Below, piece after piece: positions 36,927-50,463 of a stretch of 64,000 nt of DNA. The position numbers were made by a program, and so were the translations under genes. The notes beneath the pieces are model-generated. The model was not told where the DNA came from and ran no database searches. It saw only the letters and a program-made list of their open reading frames with translations. The stretch's first letter is position 1. The number at the start of each line of letters is the position of its first letter. Source of the stretch: Coniocarpon cinnabarinum (lineage: Eukaryota); contig JAVECO010000006.1 in the NCBI GenBank assembly GCA_051942205.1, positions 62,001 to 126,000 of the forward strand, given 5' to 3'.

Positions 36927-39831
36927 TCAATCCTTGACGCGCACCTCGCTCGCCACGGCATGACACAACTCGACTGCAATCCCCGCCCCCGTCAACACAT
37001 CGATCCACAACCGCTGCGTGTCACTCAGGCGATCGTTCTCGCTCTTGACCTCGGCAAACATGACTTGGCCCTGCATCGACGCACCATCTCGTATCCCATC
37101 CTGTGTCTCTCCTCCTCCCTCGACATCATTCCCCCTGTCCTCAGTCTCATTCCTATTCTTCGTAACACTCCCGTTCACGTTCTCCTGCGCCGGATCATCC
37201 ACCATCTTGCTCTCTTCTGCCTCGCCCGGATGAGAATGGGACCCCTCCCTCGTGTTCTGATTCGTCCTCCACAGAAACAAATCAGGCACCCCACCCCCTC
37301 GCTGCGCATACTCCTGACACATAACCCTCATCACACAACTCAACCCCTGTCCGCCAAAGCAACGACAAATACACACCAACTCCTCCAGCGTAAACCGTTC
37401 CCATCGCAGCCCCACGACACACGTCCGTCTCGGCTCTTCCCGTTCCCACACACCCCTCACGATCTCCGCCGCGGTGCCATTCGCAACGTCAGCCAGCCTG
37501 GCATTGATCTCAGACATTCGCGTCGGGAAAAACGCATCAGTGTGTAAATCCAGGGGACAAGTCTGGAAGGGCGTCTGAAAGACGGCAGGGACATACGCGA
37601 AGAGGACGTCGTAGAAGAGCAGGGCAAAGAGCGTTCGCAGGATGCCGCCTTCGGTGTGGTGACCGGACCAGCCGAGACGGCGATAATGCGCGAGACACAT
37701 CTCCTCGACGCTGACTTCTGGTTCTTCGTCGACACGCTCGGGGTCGGGATTCAGCCAGATGGTCTTTGCGCCGCGGCGGGTTGGCGTGGCATTCGAGGTT
37801 TCTCGGATTAGACGCGGCACCCCTGCTGGCTTGGCGGGGAGGGTCGATTTCACGAGTTGAATCCCTTGGAAAGTGCGTTCCGCCGGTTTGGCAAGACGCG
37901 CGTGGCCGAAGTCATGTTGGAGGCGTTTCGAGACCTTGAGCTGGCGTTCGAGCTTGGAGAGACGTTTCTGCAGGTCATGATGGTGAATGAGATGCGTGAG
38001 ATTGTCCTGCAGACCTTCCTCACATGTCGACAGCGCGACCCGCTTCCAGTGGCGTTTCTGCTCGGCGTCGGTACGATCCTCACGTGGTTGAAGCGAAGCC
38101 ATGTAGTGTTCTTCGAGCAGTGCTTTGCGGGTGTACCACACGCCGCGACGAGCAGGATGGAAGAGGCGTTGATTCAGGAGTTCAGTCAGGGTGCCGTGTT
38201 CACGGAGATGATCTTTGAATTTGCCGAGACCCAGCACGTAGGCCCCTTTATGGACGATGCGAGTATAAACCCAAGCTGGTGACAGGCGACGGAGGTAAGA
38301 ACCCTCGCCAGACGCGTAGATGGAGTTTTCCTTTTGCTGCTCTTCGCGGAGAAGATGCCGCCATCGGGGTAGGACATCTTCGAAGATGTCAAGGATGCCT
38401 TGGAGGCCGTCCTTTGTGGGTGTGCCGTTGAATTCGAGGACCGAGTCGATGCGAAATTGCGTGCGGAGGGAAGCTTCGAACTCGAGGAGGGAGGAGCGTG
38501 AAGCGAAGATGTTGGCCGAGCGAGAGACGACGTAGGGTGGGAAGTTGCGACGAGCGATGCGCGCAAGGATAATAGTTGTGAGGGACTTCTCCGTCCACTC
38601 AGTCGAACGGTAGAAGACTAAATGCACACGCTCGAACAATTTGCAAGGGGCCAAGGAGAGGCGGATGCAAGGTCCGGTTGACGACAAGATCTGTCTTGTA
38701 AAGTAGGCATCTCGATTGGAAAGATCTGGAGGGACTTGCTTGATTGGAGAGTCATCGCGATCAGTTGGTATCGGTGAACCACCGGAGTCATTTGTGTCAG
38801 AGCGTTGAAGACCGCTGTAGCCAATTGCTGTTTGCTTGCCGCTTGCATTACGCAGATTCTTCAGCAATTCTTTCTTGTTCTTGCCCTGCACTTTGGCTTC
38901 CTTAGCCAGGTATCTGAGCTCGTCGAGCTTCAGCAACGATGAGGCTTCTTCCAGCGTGTTGATGTGGTCATCTGAGCTTTCTGCGAAAGTATATGTGGTC
39001 TCGAGGGTCGTGCCCCCCGGTGCTTGAAGTTCCCCAGGACTGACTTGTTCTTCTTCTGAAGGACTCGGGAGGTGGCGCTTTTCAAGAAGTGACTGTACTG
39101 CTCGCTCCATGTCCGAGACGTCCCTGTAGTGGCCCAGCGAGTTGATCCGGAACCATGCATGTGTCTTGCGTAAGAATAGCCTCACATATCTGGCTCTTTA
39201 AGCTCACGTCCATTACATCTGATACAGAAAGCAGCACTCACAGATATTGATATTCGTATTCAAGCTTCTTCCAATGTTCGAATAGCATCCTCTCTGATTC
39301 GTCAAAAAGGTGCCTCTCCTCTTCTAATACGGTTTCCAATGCCAGATTGAAAGCGTCGACGTAGATAGAACTCCGGCCTTTCACCCATTCTCCATTTTCG
39401 AGTCTCTGCTCTCTCTCAGTGTTGTCATCCTTTCGCATCGCCTCATACTCTTCAATGGCCTCCTTGTCTGTCTTGATTGGCGGCAGGGTTTGCTCAAGGT
39501 CTGTCTGCTGTGGTTCTGTCTGCAACTCTTCAATATCTTCATCCTCGTCTTCGGCATCGGAGTCTGGTATAATTCTGCGCAGTTGGGGGACGAAAGAGTC
39601 CCGGCGCTGTTCTTCTTCCTCATGTTCGTCTTCGGTATGCGGTGATAGTCTGTGGTCCTCGGACTCCCGATGCTCTAGAGTTGGCGACTTTTCGGGAGGG
39701 CTGACTTTGCGCCGCTTCGCGGGAGGAACGCCAAAGGACAGGGTTGTCTGCTTTGTCTGTCTAGAGGCTGCATTTGCCGCTCGACCAAGCATGGAATTGA
39801 CAGTCGAGAGGCTTCGTTGCTCGAGGACCAT
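36927..39831 (-). CDS. FAN1: Fanconi-associated nuclease 1 homolog (VRR-NUC); intron 39190-39241
   Basis: SSIYVDAFNLAL.TVL..E.HLF, YLYVRLFLRK, LFERVHLVFYR, SVEEMCL, GHHTEGG, FQTPFQTCPLDL, GGVPDL...EVKSENDRLSDTQ..W. Confidence 0.93.
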
Positions 39832-40210
39832 TTTAGACACTCGGGGACGATCGTCCACGCACAAAGTGGGTTACGTCAAGTACTGGATCACGTCACGATT
39901 GGAGATCGCGTAGAGAACACGCTGTCACGTGGCTTCAGTATAGTAGATTTGACAATGCTTACCTACTACTAAACGTCCTCTACACAGAGTACCTTGGCAC
40001 ACACCTTACAGGACATCGTAGATATAGGCTGAACTCTAGTATTTACACAAAAGCTATCTACCGTTTTCGACGGAACCCTTTCCACCACTGGAGTTGTGAC
40101 CAACGGCTCAGCACTGTTTTGCTGGTCATGATTGAATTGCGCTCCAATGTGGGTATCCAACGATGGAAAGAAAATCTGCAGGAGCACAGCTGTATTGCTA
40201 ACTAGACTGG

Positions 40211-42513
40211 CTACGAAGTCGGTTGCAGAAACTTGTCAAAATAGCCTTCCAACTGCGAGGCTTCGTCCACGGTCGTTGAAGTGCCAATCCAGAGATCGGG
40301 TCGCACAGCGACGACAGCTCCATGATGGTGGTCAACTCCATACGTCGTATGAGCATCCTCATCTGGTGCTCTATCATCAAACACGACATTGCATGTCCGC
40401 CGCAAGGTATCCATATGTGAATCCGAGACCAAGTCCGGTAGCTCAAACGGCAGGCACTTGACCACCAGCAGAACATTGAAGCGACTGTTGCCTCCAAATT
40501 TATTGTAGAAGCTGTTGCGTGTTGCGAGATAGTCCAAGAAGCGTTCACTGGATGATCGCATCCTGCCCTGCATGTTGGACAGGAAGGCAATGATGTGAAA
40601 CCTGTCAGCCCCTTTCATCTTGTCGTAAAGATATCCCGTTTGGTCCTCTGTGAAACAGACACGTGGGTTTGGTGCTCTGACGCCATCATAGGGCGCAACG
40701 GCGCGTGATCTTTCTTTGCTTGTACTTGCTCGCGGAGATGGGGCAAGCACACTCTCCGGGTAAGGGGCGTCGAGGCCCAGGAAGAAAGCGCCGTTGGCCA
40801 TGAAGAACTGACGCATAAACTTGAGGTCCTCTTCGATGGTTGTCTGTTTATTGGGAGTTCCTGATCCAGCCGGTCAGCAAGCGTCATTTCCTAACACACC
40901 TGGTTGCTTACCGTTATCGATCTCGAGCGTGGATTCATCTCCTTCAGATTTCGGGGCTACACCGTTAACATGGCTGCCGTTCGTCTGTATCTGATGACCA
41001 CCAAGCTCCTCGCCGTCTGACAGCTTGGCCAGAGGAAGACTCGTACCACAGACGAATCTCAAATAGGTACCAGAAGTTTCAATGATGCGTTTTGCGATTA
41101 AACGTCGCTCCTTTGTGTATGTGGGAAGGATGGCTTCAGGCTTAGCCAAGCCTCGGCAACAAAGACCTAACTTCCAAGCCAGGTTTGTCGAATCGATAAT
41201 GGATGCGTTCAAGCCAAAGCCGCCCATTGCGCTGTGGACATGCGCCGCGTCGCCAACCAAATGGCAGTGCAGATCTCGGGAGGAGAATGAGTCGGCAAGC
41301 CGCTCGCTCACTTTCCAGATGGCAAACCAGCTAATCGGAGCCGCGAACCGTACATAGTAGGGCGCAAAGACGCGCTGGGCTTGTTCAAGGACCTCGTCAG
41401 GCGTGATGCTTGAAAGCTTGACTCGACCGTCAGATTCGAGCGACGCTGGATTGCTCTCTCGTCTGTTTTGAGCCATGAGACCGGTCTCGGATATGTCGAG
41501 CTGCGTGCAGAGGCGGATGGAGCCCTCCTCCCTTGGAATGACAACACAACCACCGTGTGTAGATGATACAATGCCACCAAATGTCCAAGCATGTGGATGA
41601 TCACTTTCAAACACGCAATCAATGATACCCCAGTGGATATTTGTGGTGATGCCCTCAAACTTAATACCCAGCTGTTTTCGTATCGTGCTTGAGGCTCCAT
41701 CACACCCCACAAGGTGTTTAGCTTGAATGTTGCACTCTTTACCAGTCTGGACATTCACGACATTCGCGCTGACTGGATATTCTCGCTTGTCATCGATACT
41801 GTAATTCGTGATTCGGGTACTCCTCTCCACAAGACTTCTGTGCCTGAGCAGATCCCTTACATAAATGCGTTCAAGCTGGCCTTGTGTCATTCCAGATAAT
41901 CCTCGATATCTAGAGTCTGACTGTTGAGATCGGCCGTACATGAGTTTCTTGCCATCTTTGTAGAATGCTGTGCTATTGATCAGTGGCCCTTCATCTGCGA
42001 CCTCTTCTGCCAAGCCCCACGACTGAAGCACTTCGATATAACGAGGCTGCACACTATCGGCACGGCCAGCGAGTAAGGGACGTTCACCGGCATCGATTAT
42101 GCGGAAGGAGACGCCCTGACGAGCAAGACTAGCTGCCACTTGTAGCCCGCTGGGTCCAGCTTACTCGTTACGTCAGCTAGGTGTGTGTCATGCACCGGAA
42201 CCATGCATGATTCCGCTCGCAGGTGAGAGCTCTTACCTCCGCAGATCAGGACATCTACCTTCTCGCTTGGCCGCCACCAGCGTGGAATAGTAGCTGAGGG
42301 AGCATTCGTCCCGTCGTAAATTGTTGGCCACGTGCGCAACGCGTTCTGTCCGACATCGTTGTCGTGCGACGAAGTCTGCAGCTCAGAGAATTGTGGTGTA
42401 ACATAGTCGCCTTCTTCGCCAGCACTGAGGTCTGGGGATACTCGCCAACGTTCGCCAGCGGCCGGCTGTTTGAAGCCGTTCTCGAAAGTAAAAGAGCCAA
42501 TGGATTTTGCCAT
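40211..42513 (-). CDS. FAD-dependent phenol 2-monooxygenase-like aromatic hydroxylase; introns 42160-42236 and 40861-40911
   Basis: VDVLICGAGPSGL, GRAD, VGCDGASSTIRK, GDAAHVHS..GGFGLN, NLAWKL, and a C-terminal dimerisation domain with VRPDLWIG. Confidence 0.9.
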
Positions 42514-43659
42514 TTTTGAAGAGTTGCTGATCGTCTGGCCTATGGTATGAGGATCTTGCAGATACAGCACACAGGCAGGAATCCTCCAAAAGAAAGCTCT
42601 CTTTCAAGCGACCCACAAAATCCCCGAGGCCATGATGAACCCCTAGCCTGCATTCATTCAAATCTCGCTGCAGCCCCGAGCGGAGCCGGTCGCAATACTG
42701 CGGGTCAAGGGAGGCGTCGCGAGCTGACCATAATCATGCAGCTGCGGCAATGTGCACGGAGCACGGAAGTTGCAATTGACCCTAGCGGCAAGAGGAGCCA
42801 GGATACTGCTGCTTGCAGGAACCATAATGTGTCATCTTTGACGCCATCTTCATTGCATCTTCAGCACTAGAGAAAGGACCGATGCTCCGGCTATCAGCTA
42901 GGTAGCTAGCTATCCTCGTTTGGTGTCCGAGGATGGCGGTGACGATGCCGAGCAACGAGTGCACAACATCCGGGCCACGGTCAACTCCAGCCAGGCTCTT
43001 GTTTGCGCGGATTCCGATAGGAGACGGGCCGGCATTGATCGCTAGGATAACATCGCAGGGGTGTCTTAGTGACTCTATGGCCGACATGCGGAGGACTAGT
43101 GTCGAGTGCTATTTGCACCCTCAGTGGGCACATCAATGTGCGTCAGTCCGCAACGAGTTTGGCAACCCAGATAGTCCATTCGAATCGATTCGCCATGGCG
43201 TAGTGAAATGTTTTGAGACTCGATTACGATCCCGCCGGCGCTTGCTGCAAGCGACTCGGTGACAGCAAAGTCGCAGTAATGGACGGGATTCAAACCGAGG
43301 ACGGGATTGGCCATTCTATCGCCGAGAGATCTTGACCATGACAAAAGGGCTATGGCTCACAACATCCGTGAAGCTTTCGATGCGATGCTACATGAAGGAT
43401 CTAGCAAGCAGTCCGGACTTGTGTAGCATCACCATTCCTATACCTTTCCAAGTACAGAGCACATGCAATACTTGACAACGGAGTAGAATCAGGGCTGCAC
43501 AGAATGCTTACAATGCCTAGGAAATAAGGCACCAATAGCACTTAATCTACGCTCCATTCACAATACTTCTCGCGCGGATCCAGATCGGTAGAGTCGAAAA
43601 AACGTACAGCACCAAGGTTATTCTTGTTGCTGACGAGCAATTGCGACCGGCAAGCCCGG

Positions 43660-45461
43660 TCACGACGTACTTGCAGTCCCGTAGTCAGCACGGTCTGGAT
43701 TGTTTCTCCGCGCCCGTCCAGTGACGTCTTGCCAGGCAACGTTTAGCCTCCTCCCAGTCGTGCTCAATAAGCCCTCCTCCTCTTCCTCTTCGAGATCTTC
43801 ATCCAATTCGTCCGTGTCAAGTTTTGGAGCTCGGAATAGCGTTGTCAAACTAGTGACAAGGTAGATACCAAGGAATGCGAATTGTGCCCAGAAACAGATT
43901 GCACCAAAGACCGGGAAATTGATGGTGACTCGGTTGATGAAAGTGCTGACGACGCTTGCTGTGCACACAGAGACAGCGCGTGCGCTATCCGTTGTCTCGG
44001 AGCAAGGTTTGACCAAGGCTCTGTCGGAGGAACAGTCAAGGTCCGGACGATCACAGTAAGTCTGGGGCCCAAATGTTGTGTATTGCGGTGCCACTATCAA
44101 GCTGGCGTAATTGATGCCGAGTACCATCAAAGCCAAAAGAACCGTGGCGATAAGCATGGCTTGCGGAGAGGTTTTGCCTTTGCGGATCTTGAAAAGCACC
44201 ACCCAAAGGAAGCGAATGCCGACCGTTGCGAGACCGATGACTGAAGCCGAAAAGAAAAAGAGTATCAATAGAAGGAAGATCACGTAATCGATTGGGAAGA
44301 CCTTTGCAGCAAGAACAAAGGCGTAGTTGATCGGTTGGAAAACGTTGATACTGCCGAGGATATACCCACAGTGCTGCTTGCAGATAGAGTTCTTGGCCTT
44401 GTCGATGGCTGTTATGAGCATGCTAACCCATACTATAAGTGCAGCGAAAAGCAAGAAGAAGCCACCAAGTAACTTGATCGGTCTAAAGAACGCCTCAGTC
44501 TTTGTCCAGGCCCGGACTAGGAAGTGACGATCTTGACCGCTTGAGTCGGCAGCCACACGCTCACGCCGAACTAAAGCGCGTTCGTCGCGAATCAAAGCAT
44601 CAAGCTCCCGCCGGTCACGAGCATCGGGACCGTCCGGGCGCCCTTCGTTACGGGCTTCAAGTTGGTGCTGTCGCTCACGATTCTGCGTGAGTTCGGATTC
44701 AGTTGTCGCAGCTAAGCTTGGGGCTGAGATGGCCGGCGCAGATCTGATCAATGTCACCGGTAGTAAAGCCAGCCCACTGCCTGTATATAGCACGTAGACA
44801 AGCGTGCCAAGAGTCATGAGAAGACCAATCCCGAAGGTCAATGCTCTTTCTCCACCTTTTGGGCAGGTCAGCGGCGCCTGAAAAGATCTTCTGGCAGATA
44901 CGTACGGTTCTCGGTAAGCAGATCCTTGAAGTAGCCCAGCTCGCGATTTTTCTGCCTCTCGTAGGTGGCAGCAGGGATGAAGAAGCCCACCAGGAACAAG
45001 ACAACACACAACACAAGAAATATCAGTGTATACTTGAAGGCTCCCACGAGGTGTGACTGAAACGACTGGTTCCCTTCATTTGCTTCAACCTCATCGTACT
45101 CCTCATAAAGAAAGTACGTGAAAGGCACCACTAATAGGCAGAGGGTGGCGTCCAGCGCGTACAAGCTATAGTAAACGACCTTTAGGAGGTAGACTATGTT
45201 GTCGACACGATCTTGGGTTGCCCAGTCCTTACGTGTGCCATTCCTCGATGACACAGTCGAGGAGACCAAAGCGACATCAACGGGTAAGAGAAGCACAGTC
45301 GCGAGCAGCGCGCTCGTAGTGATGATGCATACAGTCGTCACTGACAGCGCTCGTTCTCTGGCCCGTTGGTAGATGTAGACGAATATTCCAGCGATGCTAA
45401 TGAGGAAAGCAATGGCGACAGCATAGGTCACCCATATTAAGCTGGTCTGGATGAGCGCCAT
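43660..45461 (-). CDS. LMBR1-family membrane protein (LMBD1-like probable lysosomal cobalamin transporter); intron 44856-44905
   Basis: [74 protein letters not shown]; multiple TM helices. Confidence 0.9.
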
Positions 45462-45805
45462 GTCGTAGACGTTTGTCAGTGCCTAGTGACATGCGTGTAT
45501 CTTTCTGTAATAACCGAACAAACGAGGCGGACACAACAACTGGAGTCTTCGTGGTCTATAGCACAGACTGAGACCAGTAAACGTAGGAAGCAGGTAGGCA
45601 TAAGATGAAGCGGAGTAGAAGGAACTTGGACACGGCTGGAAGTTACTCAACTTAGCATGTGAGTACATACAGCACTGCCATTTCGAGCAATTACATGCCT
45701 AGGTACTTGGCAAGCATGGCAAGATTGCAAGGCCGATTGTGTGCCCAAGCACGAGCAAGGGACCGACATCGATGAGATAGTTTGAGGGTCCTAGTTGTGG
45801 CGACC

Positions 45806-48800
45806 ATGCAGGCGTACGCAGAGCTGCTTCCCCCAACTGCCGTCACTCATGCTGTCTCCCTCTCTTTCGTTAACGCGCATTCCCAAAACTTGATCGTTGC
45901 CAAAACATCCTTGTTGCAGGTGTTTGAAGTCAAGTCAATCGTTAATGACAAGCTCAATCGTGCCAACGGAACCTCGGTTCATCCCATTCAAAACGGAGCT
46001 CACGATACAACACAGCGTCGCCTTGCGCTTATCGGGGAATATCCCATCTCGGGAGCTATCACGTCGCTAGCGTCAGTTAAACTACAGGAATCCAGATCTG
46101 GAGGGCAGGCTCTGCTCGTTGCGGTGAGAGATGCGAAATTCTCGCTCGTGGAGTGGAATCCGGAAGTTTACGGGCTTTCGACTGTCTCAATTCATTATTA
46201 TGAGGGTGAAGATCTGAGAGGTAGCCCATGGGCGCCGACCCCGTTTCATCTCTCAAGCTACCTTACTGTCGATCCGAGCTCACGATGTGCCGCCTTGAAG
46301 TTCGGACAACGCCATCTTGCCATTCTGCCATTCCACTACGAATCTGACCTCGACCTGGATGAATACGACGCGCAGCTAGATGGTGCGAAGGACGTCTCAG
46401 AGCAGAAACCCAGCGTTGATGAACCCAGTCTTCGAACGCAAACGCCATATGGAGCATCTTTTGTGTTACAGCTCACTGCTTTGGATCAAGGTATACTGGA
46501 TCCTGCGGATCTCGCCTTCCTTCATGAATATAGAGAGCCCACCCTCGGCGTTCTGTACTTTGAACGGTCGCCATCCAATTCCACTAGCGTCGAGCGCAGA
46601 GATGTCACAACATTCGCGGCCTTCACACTCGACATCGCACAGCGGGCTAGGACTCCATTGCAGTCCATCACTGGACTACCTTCTGATCTTTTCAGGCTGC
46701 TCCCCCTGCCTCTTCCTATTGGCGGATCGCTGCTTGTTGGCACCAATGAGCTGGTCCATGTCGATCAGTCCGGCAAGGTCTATGCAGTCGCAGTCAACTC
46801 GTTCGCCAGGGAACAGTCATCGCTCCAGATGAGTGATCAAAGCGAGCTTGGCTTGAAACTTGAGGGATCTTTGACCTGTCAAATACCAGGTCAACCAAAG
46901 AGTCTTCTTCTCGTGCTGAACACTGGACAATTCATTGCTCTAACTTTTATCATGGATGGCCGCTCTGTGTCATCCATCAGGATTCAGGTTCTATCAGAGG
47001 CTTCCGGCAACCCACAGCTGGGTGGTGAACCGTCATGTACTGCCATGATAAACTCAAACCTTCTATTCGTTGGAAGCTTGATGGCGGACTCTGCAATGTT
47101 TGAGTGTAGCTCAACGTCATCTCAATTAACACGAAAAAGATCGCATGCAGATATGGTGGGTCAAGCAGCTAACGAGGATTCTAGCGAAGAAGAGGAAGAC
47201 GAGGATGATTTGTACGGCGACGGCGCTCCAGTAAAGAAGGCTCTTCCTACGTCTGCGGTCGGCACTCAAGGCGATATAGTGTTCAAGGTGGTCGACAAGC
47301 TCGATAACCTCCATCCCCTGGGAGAACCTGTCCTTGTACCTCGAAAGAAGCGGAAAACAAACCGTGACCAGAACACAGATGACTTATCTGTTGAGCAGTT
47401 GCAGCTTGTCCTGCCAACCGGATGCGGCACCTCAGGGGGATTATCACTACTAAGTCAGCAGCTTTACCTCGATGAGCAGAAAATGACCGACTCCACTAAT
47501 GTCAGAAGTGTACATTCTCTGCAAATTCAAGATAACCAAAGTCATGGCTTGAAAGATATATGCGCGGTGACTCAAGAAGTTGATGGTCAGCTGAAAACCA
47601 GTGTCCATGAAATAAATGCTCAGGGTGTGCTCGTGGAATTAGCAAGCCCAGACTTTGAAGCCGACATACCAACTTATCACATGGACGTGTTGGCCAACAA
47701 GAAGAGGCTCGTGCAGGTCACGCAATCTGAAGTACGGAGCTATGACGCAGATCTCAAAGTATCACAAATGCTTCCCATGGAAGACGAGGAAACTGAAACT
47801 GAACTGAGGGTTCAGCATGTAAGCTCTTCGGATCCATATATCCTGGTTGTTCGGAACGACAAGAGTGTTGCCCTCCTCAAAGCAGACTCTGATGGGGAAC
47901 TGGAAGAGCTTGAGCAATCGGGGTCACTGGCCGAACGGCAGTGGATGTCAGGAAGCGTTCATCGTTGGGGCGAGGCTAATTCAGAAGCGTCGCTGTTTTT
48001 GCTGACGGAGAACGGAGGTCTCCATGTCTTCTCGGTTGATAACTTGGACTCGCCAATCTATGTGGCAGATGACTTGTGTCAGTTGCCACAGATTCTGACT
48101 CACGAGCGAAACTTTCGACGCGTGAACAACCCTGAAAAGCTTGTCGAAATCCTGGTGGCGAATGTGGGAAGCAGTCAGTCCAGTTGTCCGTATCTGTTCG
48201 TCCGCAACGAGCTTGGAGACGTAGAAGTATACCAACCTTTCCATGACAATGATGAAGCCCTGGACCACATAGAGCCAACATCCCTCCGTTGGCTCCGGAA
48301 AAACTGTGCCGTGCCTGGGTATCAAGAAGATGAGAGTGACGGTGAAGATCAGAAGGACGATGCAAGTAGGCTGAGATCATTGACCAACGTCAACGGACAC
48401 GATGCAGTCTTCGTACGAGGTGCCAGCCCCTCGCTATTCCTCAAAGAAAGCTCAAGTGAGCTGTGTGCAGTGAAGCTTGCAGACCCTCGGACAAGAGACA
48501 TGTGCAAACTGGCCGCAAAATCCAGTTCTCTGGCGATGCTCATAGTGAACGGTTCGGGCCACCTCAACAGCACAGAACTTCCAGCAAGAACGACGTATGG
48601 TCTCAACGGCTGGGCACTCCAACGCATCAGCTTAGGAAATGAAATAGAAGCCGTAGCCTACGATGTGCCCACATCTCTTTACACGGTCTCCATCTCACGT
48701 GAAATCCCTATGCCCGACGAGCTCTATAACCACTGGTCCAACGAAAATGACTCTACACTTCGACCAACCGTCCTCGAAAGCAGCCTTCACATTCTCCATC

Positions 48801-49963
48801 CAGACACCTGGCAACTTGTTGACACCTTTACCTTTCCTAATGAATGTGAACGAATCAGTGCTCTGAAATCGCTTAGTCTGGAGACCTCCCAAGCCTCCAA
48901 AGAACGACGCACGTTCACCGTCGTTGGCACGACGATTGACCGCGGCGAAGACTTGCCTTGTCTTGGTGGAGTGTATCTCTTTGACATCGTTCAAGTGGCA
49001 CCAGATACTAATTTCCCACATCCAGAAACGACAGCCCGCAAGCTAAAGCTCATTGCACATGAAGAGTTCCGAGGCCCCGTCACGGCCGTCGCCGAAGCGG
49101 GAAGTCAGGGCCTGTTAACAGTAGCGCAAGGACAGAAAGTGCTCGTCAGAGGGCTACGAGAAGATCTCCCAGGCCAACTGCTGCCCGTAGCCTTCATGGA
49201 CGTCGCGTGTTTCGTCTCTGACGTCAAAACCCTAAAAGGCACGGGATTGTCACTCATTGCGGATGCTGTCAAAGGCGTACAACTCGCCGGCTTCGAAGCG
49301 ACACCCTACCGCCTCACATCTTTATCACACAGCCGTACAAAACTCCAAGTACTGACCTGCGACTTCCTTCCCCATGAAAAGACGCTGTTCATTGTCGTCG
49401 CAGATGGCGACGGGAATATTCACGTCTTGGAGTATAATCCGGATAATCCCAAGTCGGTCAAGGGTGAGCGATTGATTCATCGCTCCGCGCTGCATACGGC
49501 GCATCAGCCTAAGTCTTCGTTGCTACTGCCATGCCCGCGCTCGGTCTCTGCGCTGGGGAATGATGATCCAGCGGATGGTATGGACGTGGATGCCACGCCT
49601 CAACATGCTTTGATCTTGCCTGCAACCTCGGGTGCACTCATCCAGCTTACGCCCCTCTCCGAGTCGACATACCGCCGTCTTTCGTCACTACAGTCGCATC
49701 TGTCGTCTGTGCTGCCACAGCATTGCGCGTTTAATCCACGTGCGTATCGGAATGTGGACAGCGAGGGGCTTGGATACTGGGGGAGTGCTGTCGATGTAAG
49801 TGGGAGGGGCATGGTGGATCTGGGAGTGGTCGGACGATGGCGAGAGTTAGGGGTCAGAGGGCGACGTGAGGCGTGGGGTCGAGTGGGAGGGATGGAGGAA
49901 GTTGAGCTGGCGAAGGCGGAGATCGAAGGGTGTCTTGGGGGAGTGTTTAGGGGTGTACTGTGA
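45806..49963 (+). CDS. CFT1: Cleavage and polyadenylation factor CPSF160
   Basis: MQAYAELLPPTAVTH, NLIVAKTSLLQVF, DAKFSLVEW, STVSIHYYE, DPSSRCA, FLHEYREPT, AQGQK..RGLRED..LLPVAFMD, FNPRAYR. Intronless. Confidence 0.96.
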   Translation: MQAYAELLPPTAVTHAVSLSFVNAHSQNLIVAKTSLLQVFEVKSIVNDKLNRANGTSVHPIQNGAHDTTQRRLALIGEYPISGAITSLASVKLQESRSGGQALLVAVRDAKFSLVEWNPEVYGLSTVSIHYYEGEDLRGSPWAPTPFHLSSYLTVDPSSRCAALKFGQRHLAILPFHYESDLDLDEYDAQLDGAKDVSEQKPSVDEPSLRTQTPYGASFVLQLTALDQGILDPADLAFLHEYREPTLGVLYFERSPSNSTSVERRDVTTFAAFTLDIAQRARTPLQSITGLPSDLFRLLPLPLPIGGSLLVGTNELVHVDQSGKVYAVAVNSFAREQSSLQMSDQSELGLKLEGSLTCQIPGQPKSLLLVLNTGQFIALTFIMDGRSVSSIRIQVLSEASGNPQLGGEPSCTAMINSNLLFVGSLMADSAMFECSSTSSQLTRKRSHADMVGQAANEDSSEEEEDEDDLYGDGAPVKKALPTSAVGTQGDIVFKVVDKLDNLHPLGEPVLVPRKKRKTNRDQNTDDLSVEQLQLVLPTGCGTSGGLSLLSQQLYLDEQKMTDSTNVRSVHSLQIQDNQSHGLKDICAVTQEVDGQLKTSVHEINAQGVLVELASPDFEADIPTYHMDVLANKKRLVQVTQSEVRSYDADLKVSQMLPMEDEETETELRVQHVSSSDPYILVVRNDKSVALLKADSDGELEELEQSGSLAERQWMSGSVHRWGEANSEASLFLLTENGGLHVFSVDNLDSPIYVADDLCQLPQILTHERNFRRVNNPEKLVEILVANVGSSQSSCPYLFVRNELGDVEVYQPFHDNDEALDHIEPTSLRWLRKNCAVPGYQEDESDGEDQKDDASRLRSLTNVNGHDAVFVRGASPSLFLKESSSELCAVKLADPRTRDMCKLAAKSSSLAMLIVNGSGHLNSTELPARTTYGLNGWALQRISLGNEIEAVAYDVPTSLYTVSISREIPMPDELYNHWSNENDSTLRPTVLESSLHILHPDTWQLVDTFTFPNECERISALKSLSLETSQASKERRTFTVVGTTIDRGEDLPCLGGVYLFDIVQVAPDTNFPHPETTARKLKLIAHEEFRGPVTAVAEAGSQGLLTVAQGQKVLVRGLREDLPGQLLPVAFMDVACFVSDVKTLKGTGLSLIADAVKGVQLAGFEATPYRLTSLSHSRTKLQVLTCDFLPHEKTLFIVVADGDGNIHVLEYNPDNPKSVKGERLIHRSALHTAHQPKSSLLLPCPRSVSALGNDDPADGMDVDATPQHALILPATSGALIQLTPLSESTYRRLSSLQSHLSSVLPQHCAFNPRAYRNVDSEGLGYWGSAVDVSGRGMVDLGVVGRWRELGVRGRREAWGRVGGMEEVELAKAEIEGCLGGVFRGVL

Positions 49964-50463
49964 GGATCGTGTTTTGAGTGAACATCAATGAGCTTGGTTC
50001 TTTGTTACACTAAAGAGCAGCAGGCAATGACAACTTGGGGAGTGGGTAATACCAAGGAAGGGTGCGCAAAGTTTGATAGTTCACCACAAGAAAGCACAGT
50101 AGTGCTCGAGGAGGAAGGATTATTAGGGGAAAGGGAAGAAAGAGCACAACATATTGACTCGATGCGATTTTGCTAGGAAGCGAATCACTCATGGAAATGC
50201 TTGAGAAGGAAAGAGCACTATGCCATCATTTCACCTGCGCCCGACGTGAAAACATTACATGCTTATGTGCTGAGTAAACCCTCCAGTGCTATGCTGTAAA
50301 CAATACCTCCACTTTTGAATCATGAGAACCAGAGACACCGTGCTATGCTGTCATCGATGTCGTTTGCCCCCTTGCATTACCATCTTGTATCGTTGTGCCC
50401 ATCTTGGAGCTTTCCGCGCCCCCTTGTCTTATTACATCGCTGTCATGTCGACGCACTCTTTCC

